A stretch of 64,000 bases of DNA from an uncultured Gemmatimonadales bacterium (lineage in GTDB: Bacteria > Gemmatimonadota > Gemmatimonadetes > Longimicrobiales > RSA9), in NCBI GenBank assembly GCA_963798085.1, contig CAWCRS010000008.1, positions 256,001 to 320,000 on the forward strand. The letters are read 5' to 3'. The notes under the pieces were generated by a model. It was not told where the DNA came from, made no database searches, and was given only the letters and a program-made list of their open reading frames with translations. Positions 38,267 to 48,927 of the stretch are shown one piece after another (the stretch's first letter is position 1; every line of letters starts with the position of its first letter). The position numbers and the translations under genes were made by a program.

Positions 38267-40729
38267 GTGACAGAACAGACCGTACGGGATCCGGGTCCGC
38301 GCCGGCGCGCGTCCCGCCTGCTGGCGGGACCGTGGCAGGACATGTGGTATGCGCTGCGCATACTGCGCCGCAACAGGGTGTTTGCGGCGGCGACGATCCT
38401 CACGCTCGCCCTCGGCATGGGCGCGACCACGGCCGTGTTCAGCATCGTGAACGGCGTGCTGCTGCGGCCGTTGCCGTACGCGGGTCCCGACCGCCTGGTG
38501 CAGGTCTACGAAACCGCACCGCTCACGCCCGAAGGCACGGTCGTGGGCGGCGCGTACCTGCAGGCGTTCCGCGAGAACAGCAGCCAGTTCGACGGCTTCA
38601 GCGCGTACCAGGTAACGGCGCGTTATCTACGCCAGGGCGACGCGGCCCGGCGTCTGATGGCGGTGCTGTCGGACCGCCAGCTGTTCGCCGTGCTGGGTGC
38701 CTCGCCCATGGCCGGGCGCACGTTCAGCGCGGACGATCCCGAAAGCGTCGTCGTCATCAGCGAGGCCTTCTGGAACGAGAGCCTGGGGCACGACCCGGCC
38801 GTGATCGGGCGCACGCTGACCCTCGATGAGCGCAGCTGCACGATCATTGGTGTGATGCCGGACGCGTTCCAGTTCCCCTATCGCGCGGGCTCGCTGCTTC
38901 CCGGCGTCGCGTCGGAAGCGCGCATCGAGGTCTGGCTTCCAGTCGGACCACCGGGTCAGCCGGCACGCGGCCGCATGAGCGTCGTCGGCCGGCTGCGCAC
39001 GGGGGCGGCACTGCTCTCCGCAGAACGCGAGCTGGCGCGCATCACGAGTCGCGTCGAGGCGACGGATCCCGGCATCGTGCGTGGCCGCGGCGTACGCCTT
39101 GTGCGCCTGGCCAATGTCGTTGTGGGCCCTGTCCGCCGCCCGCTGCTGCTGTTGTGTGCGGCTGTCGCCATGGTGCTGGCGCTCGCGTGCGCCAACATCG
39201 GCAACCTCGCGCTCGTGCGCATGACGTCGCGCCAGGGCGAAGTGGCGGTGCGCGCGGCGCTGGGCGCAGGGCCGATACTGCTGGTGCGCCAGTTCCTGAC
39301 CGAAAGTCTGCTGCTTTCGCTCGGCGGCGGCACCATCGGGCTCGTGCTCGCCGTAGTGGGCACCAGCCGCCTGATGGTTTTCGCTCGCGCACACATCCCG
39401 CGCGCTCCCGCGATCGTCTTCGATTGGCAGGTCTTCCTGTTTCTCTTTGTGGTCTGCCTGCTCGCCGGTCTCGCCTTCGGTCTGGTGCCCGCACTCATCG
39501 CGCGTCGCACGTCGCCGCAGAGCGCCCTGCAGGAGGGCGGTTTGCGCGGAACACTGGGCCCGGGACCTCGCCGGCTGCGCGATACGCTCGTCGTCGCCGA
39601 GGTTTCCCTCGCCTTCGTGCTCGCCATCGCCGGTGCGCTGCTCGTGCGCGAGCTGCTCCGCCTGCGCCGCACCGATCCCGGCATCGACACGCACAACGTC
39701 ATCACCGTTCACGTGGGCCAGTCACACACAATGGCCAGCAGTGTGGCGGACCTGCAGGAGATTGCCGCGCGGGTGGCGCAGCTGCCGGGCGTCAGCGCAG
39801 CCGGCTTCACGCAGCTGCTGCCACTGCAGAACTGGGGCTGGAACAGCAGCTCGATTGACTTCACGTGGGATGGCAGCACGCTCGATGCGGCAAGCGCATT
39901 CCCGATCGAGTTGCGCTTCGTGACACCGGGTTACTTCGCGGCGCTCGGCATGACACTGCGCAGCGGCCGCGCTTTCACCGATGGGGACACGCCCGATGCG
40001 ACTCCCGTAATTGTCATCAACGAGACGCTGGCACGTCGCGTCTTCGGCCCGCGAGATCCCGTGGGCACGCGCACGAGTCGCGGTACTGTGGTGGGCGTGA
40101 CTGCCGATGTGCGACAGGTCAACCTGGACCGCACTGCGCTGCCCGAGATCTACTATCCCATCGCGCAGAACTGGTCGCAGGTTCCGGAACTGGGCATGTC
40201 GCTGGTCGTGCGCGTCCGCGATGCACGCGCGGGCCTGGTCGACGCGGTGCGTGCCATCATCCATGCGGTGAATCCGCAGCTCGCCATCTTCAACACGCGC
40301 GCAATGGACGATGTGGTCGCGGATTCGCTTTCCGAATTCACGCTCTACTTCTGGCTGATGCTTTCGTTTGCGTTGCTCGCGCTGGTGCTGGCGACGACGG
40401 GTACCTATGGTGTGATCGCGCACGCCGCGGCGGCGCGCAACCGCGAGTTTGCCATACGCATGGCGGTGGGCGCCGACCGGGCAGGCGTGGCGAGGCTGGT
40501 GCTGGCGCACGGAACACGGCTGACGCTCATCGGACTCGCGTGCGGGCTTGGGTTCGCGCTCGCGGCCACACCGCTCCTGCGCAACCTGCCCGTCGCCATC
40601 CGCCCGCCCGACCTCGCCACCACACTGCCGGTCGCGCTGCTGATTGCTGTTGTCGCGTTGATCGGAAGCCTGGTGCCGGCGCGCCGGGCCGCGCGCGCCG
40701 ACCCCATGATCATGCTGCGGAACGAGTAA
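38267..40729 (+). CDS. ADOP-type duplicated ABC permease
   Basis: WQDMWYALRILRR, LTLALGMGATTAVFSIVNGVLLRPLPY, VPARRAARADP..LRNE. Confidence 0.93.
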   Translation: MTEQTVRDPGPRRRASRLLAGPWQDMWYALRILRRNRVFAAATILTLALGMGATTAVFSIVNGVLLRPLPYAGPDRLVQVYETAPLTPEGTVVGGAYLQAFRENSSQFDGFSAYQVTARYLRQGDAARRLMAVLSDRQLFAVLGASPMAGRTFSADDPESVVVISEAFWNESLGHDPAVIGRTLTLDERSCTIIGVMPDAFQFPYRAGSLLPGVASEARIEVWLPVGPPGQPARGRMSVVGRLRTGAALLSAERELARITSRVEATDPGIVRGRGVRLVRLANVVVGPVRRPLLLLCAAVAMVLALACANIGNLALVRMTSRQGEVAVRAALGAGPILLVRQFLTESLLLSLGGGTIGLVLAVVGTSRLMVFARAHIPRAPAIVFDWQVFLFLFVVCLLAGLAFGLVPALIARRTSPQSALQEGGLRGTLGPGPRRLRDTLVVAEVSLAFVLAIAGALLVRELLRLRRTDPGIDTHNVITVHVGQSHTMASSVADLQEIAARVAQLPGVSAAGFTQLLPLQNWGWNSSSIDFTWDGSTLDAASAFPIELRFVTPGYFAALGMTLRSGRAFTDGDTPDATPVIVINETLARRVFGPRDPVGTRTSRGTVVGVTADVRQVNLDRTALPEIYYPIAQNWSQVPELGMSLVVRVRDARAGLVDAVRAIIHAVNPQLAIFNTRAMDDVVADSLSEFTLYFWLMLSFALLALVLATTGTYGVIAHAAAARNREFAIRMAVGADRAGVARLVLAHGTRLTLIGLACGLGFALAATPLLRNLPVAIRPPDLATTLPVALLIAVVALIGSLVPARRAARADPMIMLRNE

Positions 40730-40750
40730 CGACCCCGCGAAAACGGAGCG

Positions 40751-41296
40751 TCAGGCCGTGGCGTGCTGCCCGCCGGCTGGCGCATCGACGGGCTGCGCGG
40801 CCGGCTTGGTGAGCGGTGCCAGGCGAGGCTCCGCGCCCAGCCAGTACAGGCCGTTAGCCATGATGCAGAAGCCGGTGGCTGCGAACCACACCATCGCCAC
40901 ACCCACGAACCCCGTGAAGGCGAGCCACCACGGGCTGTGCAGCAGAGACAGCGCGGAAGCGATGTTCAGGTTGATGCCGACGGCGAGGTAGATGCGACGC
41001 TCGAGATACCAGCGATCGGTCTGCATGAAGTAGAACCTGCCGCGCTTCTCCGCGGCCTGGCCCAGCATGGGCGTGAAGCCGAGGCGGGCGAGCACATTGC
41101 CGATGACGCAGAAACCGGTGAGTGCGACGGTGATGGAAGCCACGCCGGTCGCCATGACGCCGAGGATCCACAGCGGATTGACGAAGAGGGCGAGGCTCGT
41201 CGCCACGAGCAGGACACATCCGGCAATCAGCCAGACCGTCCGCTCGATGTACCACCGGTGTGTGGGAACGATGTAGACGCCACCCCGCAAAGCCAT
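40751..41296 (-). CDS. Membrane protein made of two tandem DUF2892/YgaP-like units
   Basis: AGGAGG RBS; repeats WYIERTVWLIAG...TGFCVIGNVLARLG and WYLERRIYLAVG...TGFCIMANGLYWLG. Confidence 0.8.
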   Translation of the reverse strand: MALRGGVYIVPTHRWYIERTVWLIAGCVLLVATSLALFVNPLWILGVMATGVASITVALTGFCVIGNVLARLGFTPMLGQAAEKRGRFYFMQTDRWYLERRIYLAVGINLNIASALSLLHSPWWLAFTGFVGVAMVWFAATGFCIMANGLYWLGAEPRLAPLTKPAAQPVDAPAGGQHATA

Positions 41297-41314
41297 ACGT
41301 CCTCCTCTCGTTGT

Positions 41315-41333
41315 TCCTAACAATGTGTCAGGA
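41315..41333. promoter_or_regulatory. Palindromic operator-like site TCCTAACA-ATG-TGTCAGGA upstream of the DUF2892 gene
   Basis: 8-bp arms with one mismatch, about 20 bp upstream of the start; the same core occurs at 30790 and 58665. Confidence 0.45.
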
Positions 41334-41615
41334 TACGCTCGGACAGGCAGGGTCGGGCAGCGCAGCAATACGGCCGGACCGTGACCATCGACGGCGCCGC
41401 CAGGCCCGGCTGCAGGCTGACGCATACTTATGCCCGGCGGGAGAACTCGTCAAGACTGCGGGAGCAGCTGTCGGAAGGAATGCTCGGCGCACGCGCGCGC
41501 AGCCGCCATGTCGCACGCAACCGCGCGGTCGCTGCGGCAAGCGCAGCGCGGGAAAATTTGTCTCGTTTCGCCGGCGCGAACCGCACGTCCTCCAGGAATT
41601 CGGCCGCTCGCCGCT

Positions 41616-42236
41616 TCAGAAACGGAACAGGCGATAGCCGGCGCTGAACGTCAGGTCGTGCTGCGCGCGCCGGCCCGGCACGCTCCACGCGCTGCTGCCT
41701 GGAGGCGGCGTGATGTCGGGTCCCGCAGGACTCCAGTAGTCCGCCAGCTCCAGACGGATCAATGCGCTCAGCGCGTTCAGCTCGATGCCCGCGCCCACGT
41801 GGGCCGCCGGTGCGTTGCTGGCGAAGTCCGCCATGCCCCCTTGCGCATCCTGTTTCCACCTGAAGCTGTAGTGCTTGAGGCCCGCACCGAGCACGCCGTA
41901 CGGTCGCATGGATCCGTTCGCAGGCGAGTAGACCATGTCGAGCACGCCCGCGGTCACGCGCAGGTCCGCACGCGCCGGGATGAACAGCGCGAGGCAGGGC
42001 AGCGGCGGCAGGCACGAGAATGTACCGCTCACATCCGCGGGCAGCGTCGTGAGACCCATGATTCTCGTGCTCAGGTGACGACCGGGGAAGCTGACCTGAC
42101 CGCTCGCCTCGAATCCCACGCTCGTTCCGGCCCGGCCGAAGGTGGCCACCACCACATCGCTCACCCGCGTGACCGTGCCCAGCGCGCTGCGCGGCACGAA
42201 GTACGCGATGCGCGGCGTGATCTCGAAGTCTTGCAC
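41616..42236 (-). CDS. Outer-membrane beta-barrel-like protein, no in-frame signal peptide (possibly 5'-truncated)
   Basis: RPYGVLGAGLKHY, AHVGAGIEL, C-terminal FSAGYRLFRF. Confidence 0.6.
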   Translation of the reverse strand: MQDFEITPRIAYFVPRSALGTVTRVSDVVVATFGRAGTSVGFEASGQVSFPGRHLSTRIMGLTTLPADVSGTFSCLPPLPCLALFIPARADLRVTAGVLDMVYSPANGSMRPYGVLGAGLKHYSFRWKQDAQGGMADFASNAPAAHVGAGIELNALSALIRLELADYWSPAGPDITPPPGSSAWSVPGRRAQHDLTFSAGYRLFRF

Positions 42237-42304
42237 GGCCGGGCGCGGCAGCGATACAATGCGGCCCGCACCGCCAGTGGCAAACTCTCTCGGAGGAGCA
42301 CACC

Positions 42305-42604
42305 ATGTTACTGATACGCGACATCATGTACTGCAAGCCCGGCAAGGTCCGCGCGCTGGTCGACAAGTTCAAGGCGATGTCGAAGCTCAGCGAGCAGCAC
42401 GGCATGGGGAAGATGCGCATCATGACCGACATCTGCGCGGAGCAGTACTGGACGATGGTCTCGGAAATGGAAGTACCCAGCATGGATGCGTTCATGAAGA
42501 CGATGTCGGACCCGGAGCTGATGAAGGAGTTCGAGCCGCTCATGAAGGGCTACCATGAGCTGGTCGAATCGGGTCGTCGCGAGATCTACAACCTCGAAAA
42601 CTAG
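42305..42604 (+). CDS. Small NIPSNAP-like / dimeric alpha-beta barrel protein
   Basis: GGAGGAG RBS; strong codon bias; CKPGK...YHELVESGRREIY. Confidence 0.75.
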   Translation: MLLIRDIMYCKPGKVRALVDKFKAMSKLSEQHGMGKMRIMTDICAEQYWTMVSEMEVPSMDAFMKTMSDPELMKEFEPLMKGYHELVESGRREIYNLEN

Positions 42605-42710
42605 CGTGTTAACAGGAGGTTAACAGGGGAACGGGAACGGAGACGGGCAGAGAGAGGGTCGGAGGCGGAGGAGGAGGGGGGATGGTTGGGGGGAAGGGGC
42701 AGGGAGCGTG
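42605..42710. repeat. Partial family A purine-rich arm
   Basis: TAACAGG..GGGAACGGAGACGGG..GGAGGCGGAGGAGGAGGGGG resembles 30810-30890 and 58685-58760. Confidence 0.5.
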
Positions 42711-42899
42711 GTTGCACGAAGGATCTCGCCGCGGGCCAGGCCCATCATTGCCGCGCCCGTGAGGCGCGGGCAACGCAGGGTAGGGCGGCCTGCCCCGGCC
42801 GCGACCGCACACGGAACGGGCGCGTCGGCCGGCCACGGTCATGTCACGGTACGAGCATTCGTCGCCCGAAATGCAGTTCCACGGCTGAGGCGCCGCACC

Positions 42900-43179
42900 G
42901 CAGCGGAAAGGCGGTGCGGCGGATGCGGTCCCCCGCGTGCTGCGCGTCGTGGCGAGGCGCGCGGCTGCACGGCTGGCCGCCGGATTGGGGGGCGGACTGG
43001 TGCTCGCCATCGGCGCGACGCGGCTGCTCGCTCGACTCGCCTACGGTTTCGCGCCCGCCACTCCCGCCATCGTTGTCGCCGCTTCACTGCTGCTCGCCGC
43101 GGTGAGTGCCATCGCCAGCCGGGTGCCTGTGCGCCGGTCCCTGCGCACCGACGCGTGCTCGACGCGGATGCAGGCCTGA
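42900..43179 (+). pseudogene. Degraded C-terminal remnant of an ABC permease (FtsX-like)
   Basis: LRVVARRAAARLAAGLGGGLVLAIGATRLLARLAYGFAP...IASRVPVRRSLRTD parallels the ends of both intact permeases. Confidence 0.6.
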
Positions 43180-43275
43180 GCTCGAGGCGGCTGTCTCCGT
43201 AGTTGCGGCCTTCCGGCCCGTTCGGCAGATTCGCCGTGCCGCCCCCGGCGCGTTTACTCCACCAGGAGACAGCCC

Positions 43276-46200
43276 ATGACCGCCCGCCCACTCGCGCATG
43301 TGCTGCGCATCGCATCGCTCCCGCTGAGCCTCGTCCTGACAATGACCGCGCACACGCAGGCCCAGGGTCGCGCGCAGGGCGAAGGCGGCGGCCGCGGGCA
43401 GCAGTGGGACGTGACGCAGGCGCGCGGCAAGACACGCGACATCGACTTCACGACGTCGAAGGCACGTGGATGTCGGCCGACCTCTCGCCCGACGGCTCGT
43501 GGATCGTCTTCGACCTGCTCGGCCACATCTATCGCATGCCGGCGAGCGGCGGGCGAGGCCACGGTGCTGACGCAGAACAGCGGCGTCGCCCTCAACTTCC
43601 AGCCGCGCATCTCCCCGACGGCAGGACCATCGCCTTCATCACCGATCGGCGCGGCCAGTACAACCTCTGGGTGATGAACGCGGACGGCTCCAATCCGCAC
43701 GCCGTGTTCAGCGACCTGAACGCGACCGCGCTCGAGCCGGCGTGGACGCCGGACGGCAACTACATCGTCGTGCGCAAGGGCGGGCGTGGCGGTGGCGGCG
43801 GCGGTGGCGGCGGCGGCGGCGGCATCTGGATGTACCACAAGGATGGCGGGACGGGCGTGCAGATCGTCGGTGCGTGGCGGTGGCGCGCGGGGGTGGCGGC
43901 GGCAACGGCTCGCCGTCGTGGCCGACGGTCTCCGGCGACGGCCGGTACCTGTACTACCAGGTCGAGCATGAACGTGGACGACAAGCGAGCCGCTGGCCGG
44001 CTCGATGCAGCTGCGGCGCTTCGAGTTCAAGACCGGTGAGATCGTCGACGTCACCTCGGGCGAGAGCAGCGGTGCGGCGGCGGGCCGCTTCTCGAGCGGC
44101 GGCGCGGCGGCGCCCGAAATCTCTCCCGACGGCCGCTGGCTCGCGTTCGCCCGCCAGATCCCCGACGGCACGCTCACCTTCAAGGGCCACAAGTTCGGGC
44201 CGCGCACGGCGCTCTGGCTGCGCGACATGAAGACCGGCGCGCGAGCGGATGATCATGGACCCCATCGAGCCGATGGTGGCATCGGGCTCCAAGACGCTCG
44301 GGATCCTGCCGCGATATCACTGGGCGCCCGACGGCACGTCGATCCTCATCACGCAGGGCGGCAAGCTCCGCCGCCTCGACGTCGCGACGGGGCAGGTGGC
44401 GACAATCCCGTTCACCGCGAACGTGCACCGCACGCATCTCGCAGATGGCGCGCAACGAGTTCCGCATCTCGCGATGGCCCGCTCGACGTGCAAGTTGTTC
44501 CGCTGGCCGACCACCACGCCCGATGGAAGACTGATCGCGTTCCAGGCGGTCGGCCGGATCTGGGTGCAGGACGCGGAACGGCGGCACGCCGCGCCGCATG
44601 CACGCCGGCATCCTTCTCCCCGCTCGAGTACGCGCCGGCCTGGAGCCCCGATGGCCGCAGCCTCGCGTTCGTCACGTTCGACGACACACGGCCGCGGGCA
44701 CGTCTGGAAGGTGCCCGCCACCGGCGGCGCGCCCGAGCGCCTGTCGCAGGATCCCGGCGACTACGTCGACCCCGTGTGGAGCCCCGACGGCCGGTGCGTG
44801 ATCGTCGCCCGCGGCGAGGGCGCGACCGCCCGCGGTCGCACCATGACCCACAACGCGTGGTTCGACCTCGTGCGCTTCGACGCCGGCCGCGCGCCGCCGG
44901 CGATACCGGCGTCACGCTCGCCACCATCAAGCGACCTTCCGGCGCGTCCGTGGCCGGCGGAGCCCCGCCGCCAGCTGGCGCGCCCGTCCATCGGGCCCGA
45001 GGGGCGCATCTTCTGGATCCGATCGAGCGCGCCGGCGCCCAAGGCGGCGGGCCGCGGCGGCACGGCGCTCATGTCCGTCGACCCCGATGGCAGCGACAAG
45101 CAGGAGCACCTGAGCTTCCCGGCCGCCGACGAGATCGTGCCCTCGCCCACACGGCGACTGGGTCGCATTCCAGGAAGGCGACAACGTCTACGTCGCGCCC
45201 ATGGCGTGGGGCGGCATCGGCGGCGACCCGCAGCGCATCGAGAAGCGCGCGCGGCCAGTTCCCGGTCACGCCAGCTGTCGCGCGACGGCGGCATGTTCCC
45301 GCACTGGCGCGACGGCACGACGCTCGAGTTCGGGAGCGGGCCGCACTTCTTCGTCCACCACATGGACACGGCCGGACCGACACCAGCACGCTCAGGCTGA
45401 CGGTCGCCGCGCGCCGTCCCGACGGCAGCGTCGCCCTCACCGGCGCGCGCATCGTGACGCTCGACCACCGCAAGGTCATCGAGCGCGGGACGATCGTGGT
45501 CCAGGGCAGCCGCATCGCCTGCGTCGGCAGCTGCAGCACCGCCGGCGTGGGCCGGATCGATCGACGTCGCGGCAAGACGATCATCCCGGGCTGGGTGGAC
45601 ATGCACTCGCACCACTATCGCGAATGGCGCGGCATGCGGCCGCAGGCACGACTACGAGCAGGCCATCTACCTGGCGTACGGCGTGACGACCACGCACGGA
45701 CGTCTCGATGTACAGCCAGAACATGTTCCCCACCGCCGAGCTGATCGAGACCGGCGAGATGATCGGGCCGCGCGGCTTCAGCACGGGCGACAACATCACG
45801 GCCGGCGACGCGGCACGCGCCAACGAGATGAACAAGCCGCGCGATGCAGTGGCCGCCGTGCGCAAGATGGCCGACTGGGGGGCGACGGCGATGAAGCAGT
45901 ACGCGCAGCCGCGTCGCGACCAGCGCCAGTGGATGGCCGAGGCGCGCGCGCGCTCGGCGTGAACGAGACGTCCGAGGGAGGCTACTTCCTGGAGGACGTC
46001 GGCTTCATCATGGACGGCCAGACCGGCTGGGAGCACGCGTTCAGCGAGGTCCCGATGTACGCCGATGGCGCGAAGTTCTTCGGCCTGGCGGGCGCCACGT
46101 ATTCACCCACGCTCGTCGTCGCCGGCCCCGGCGCATGGAGCATCGAGTACTGGTTCCAGCAGAGCGACGTCTGGAAGGATCCCAAGCAGCGGAAGTGGTT

Positions 46201-46707
46201 CCCGTGGCGGATGCTGGTGCCGCAGACGCGCGTCCGCTGGCTGCGCCCGGAGACCGACTACAGCTTCCCGTTCATTGCGCAGGCGATGGCGGACATCATC
46301 GCCAAGGGCGGCTAGGGCGCCATCGGCTCGCCACGGCGAGCACCACGGCATCGCCCCGCACTGGGAGGTCTGGATGGGTGCGATCCGCGCTGGGCAACAT
46401 GGGCGCCCTCGAGGTGGCCAGCCTCCACGGCGCGCATTTCCTCGGCGCCGACAAGGACCTCGGCTAGCATCGAGGTCGGCAAGCTCGCCGACCTGATGGT
46501 GCTCAACTCCAATCCGCTGGAGAACATCCGCAACACGCATCGACGCGAAGTACGTGATGAAGGGCGGCAACGCTGTACGATGCCATGTCGCTCGACGAGA
46601 TCTGGCCGAAGGCGGTGCCGTTCGGCCCGTACTACTGGGTCAACGACGACGAGCTGCAGCAGAACAACAAGCCGGTCGACATCTTCGACAAGGGGAAGAA
46701 GAAGTAG
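43276..46707 (+). CDS. Secreted TolB-like (PD40) propeller plus amidohydrolase protein; many frameshifts
   Basis: AGGAG RBS; fragments SPDGSWIVFDLLGHIY, WSPDG repeats, IIPGWVDMHSH, EVGKLADLMVLNSNPLENIRN, ending FDKGKKK*. Confidence 0.82.
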
Positions 46708-46793
46708 GTCGTCGTGGAGTCCCGGGCCTGACGCCAGCAGGCGAAGAGCGTAAGAATGGTGTCAGGTTCCCTCAGCACGGACAGGGTCGGGCT

Positions 46794-48803
46794 CTGGTAA
46801 CGAACGAAGGGCAGCGAACCGCATCCGGGGACGCGTCACCCGCTGGATCGCGGGACGCCAGTGGATTCCGCCGCGACATCGAAGCGCTGCGCGGCCTGGC
46901 GATCCTGCTGGTTGTTGCCTATCACGCCGGTGTACCCGGTTTCACGGGCGGGTACACCGGCGTCGACGTCTTCTTCGTGCTTTCCGGCTACCTCATCACC
47001 GGCCTCCTGATCGCCGAGATCCGGTCGACCGGCCGTGTCGATTTCCTCCGGTTCTACGCCCGCCGTGCCCGCCGCCTCCTGCCTGCCGCCATCACCGTCG
47101 TCATCGCCACCCTGCTGATCGGCCGCATAGTCTACGCGCCGGTGGACCACCGCAACCTGGCTAACACGGGATTCGCAACTTCGCTGTATTTCAGCAACCT
47201 CTACTTCGTGCGAACCGCGACCGACTACCTGGCGGATCCGGGCGGCAATCCGCTGCTGCACACCTGGTCGCTGGCTGTGGAAGAGCAGTTCTACCTGTTC
47301 TGGCCCACCCTCGTGCTGCTCGGCTTCAGCGGGTTCCGCGCGAAGCCGCGCCAGGCGAGGCTGGTCGCGACCATGGTGGGCATCGGAGTCGCATCCTACG
47401 GCCTGTGCATCTGGCTGACCGGCGTATCGCAGCCGTGGGCCTTCTTCATGCTGCCCACGCGCGCGTGGGAGTTCGCCGTCGGCGCCATCGCCTGCATGGC
47501 GCCGGCCGCGTCGACGCTCGATTCCTGGCGCGTTCGCGCCATTGCCTGGATCGGCTTCCTCGCGGTGCTCGGCGCCGGCATCCGATTCGGCTCGACCACG
47601 GTGTTCCCGGGCGTCATCGCCATGATACCGGTCGGTGGCACCGCGTTGCTGCTGTCGGCCGGCGCCATCAACGGCAGCGCGGGCCCGTTCCGCCTGCTCG
47701 TGAACCGCCCCATGATGTGGTTCGGACGCATCTCCTACTCGTGGTACCTGTGGCACTGGCCCGTGCTGATCTTCGCGCAGGCGTTCCCATCACTCATGGG
47801 CGTGGGCCCCGCGATCGCGCTCAGCGTGCTGTCACTCGGCCTGGCCGCGCTGACCTACACCGTCATCGAGAATCCCATCCGCTCCAGTGCGACGCTTCGA
47901 CCGCGACCTGCGCTGTCACTCGCCATGGCAGCGGTGCTCACGCTCGCCGGTGCAGGTGTTTCCGCAGTGACGCGCTTCATCGGCGCACGGGAGGCCGTGC
48001 GGCCCGGTCAAATGCTGTACAGCCGCGCGCTGGACCTGCCGTTGATCTACTCGGATGGCTGCCACCTCCCGCCGGCCGCGACGGAAATGCAGCGCTGCGT
48101 GTACGGCGACACGAGCGCCCGATCCTCGATCGTTCTCTTCGGCGACTCCCACGCCGCACAATGGTTTCCTGCACTCCAGCGGATCGCGCGCGAGCGGCAT
48201 CTCGAGCTGCTCTCGCTGACGAAATCGGGGTGCCCGTCAGCATTCGTGGAGCTCGAGAACGAGCAGCTCGGCCGGAAGTACACGGAGTGCACGACGTGGC
48301 GCGACGCGGCAATGCAGCGGATCATCGAGCTGCGCCCGGAAGTCGTCGTGCTGTCGAACTGGAGTGGCTATCTCGACGTTCCCGGCCCACGCGTGCGCTG
48401 GACGACGAACGCAGAAGCATGGCAGTCGGGCATGGAACACACTGTCAGGACGCTGGGCGCCGCCGGCCTCCGCATCGTGCTGCTGGCCGATACCCCGCTG
48501 CCCGGCTTCGACGTGGTCTCCTGCCTCGCCCGCCACGCGTGGAATCCCACGCTGCACCGCGACCCCTGCGAGTTCCCGCGCGCCTCGGCTACCTCGGAAT
48601 TGGCGCATCGCATCGACGGTGAGGTCGCCGCTCTCGTGCCATCGGCGCAGGTCGTCGACCTGACCGACATCATTTGTCCGGCCCGCATCTGTCGTCCGCA
48701 GATCGGCCGCTCCGTCCTGTTTCGTGATGATCACCACCTGACAACACGTTTCGCGGCCAGCCTTGCCGATACGCTCGCCCGCCGCATCCTGTCCGCTCGA
48801 TAA
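46794..48803 (+). CDS. Acyltransferase-3 plus SGNH domain protein (OafA/OatA-like O-acetyltransferase); start uncertain
   Basis: FRRDIEALRGLAI, GVDVFFVLSGYLIT, HTWSLAVEEQFY, ISYSWYLWHWP, LFGDSHA, DDHHLT. Confidence 0.92.
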   Translation: MVTNEGQRTASGDASPAGSRDASGFRRDIEALRGLAILLVVAYHAGVPGFTGGYTGVDVFFVLSGYLITGLLIAEIRSTGRVDFLRFYARRARRLLPAAITVVIATLLIGRIVYAPVDHRNLANTGFATSLYFSNLYFVRTATDYLADPGGNPLLHTWSLAVEEQFYLFWPTLVLLGFSGFRAKPRQARLVATMVGIGVASYGLCIWLTGVSQPWAFFMLPTRAWEFAVGAIACMAPAASTLDSWRVRAIAWIGFLAVLGAGIRFGSTTVFPGVIAMIPVGGTALLLSAGAINGSAGPFRLLVNRPMMWFGRISYSWYLWHWPVLIFAQAFPSLMGVGPAIALSVLSLGLAALTYTVIENPIRSSATLRPRPALSLAMAAVLTLAGAGVSAVTRFIGAREAVRPGQMLYSRALDLPLIYSDGCHLPPAATEMQRCVYGDTSARSSIVLFGDSHAAQWFPALQRIARERHLELLSLTKSGCPSAFVELENEQLGRKYTECTTWRDAAMQRIIELRPEVVVLSNWSGYLDVPGPRVRWTTNAEAWQSGMEHTVRTLGAAGLRIVLLADTPLPGFDVVSCLARHAWNPTLHRDPCEFPRASATSELAHRIDGEVAALVPSAQVVDLTDIICPARICRPQIGRSVLFRDDHHLTTRFAASLADTLARRILSAR

Positions 48804-48927
48804 CCGGGCGTTACGCGCCCGGAGCGATTCGCGGCCGTTCTCTTGACAGCGGATGCCGGACGGGCGCATATACATATGAATCTTATGGGTATGCCCCAAA
48901 GGTATGACGGCCGCAAGGAAACCGGCA

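Noticed and set aside
43778..43825. (GGC/GGT)n microsatellite as a phase-variation tract
   Set aside because: Triplet repeat encoding poly-Gly; length change would not shift the frame.
48843..48890. Sigma70 promoter (TTGACA followed by an AT-rich patch)
   Set aside because: No good -10 hexamer at 16-18 bp spacing; suggestive only.
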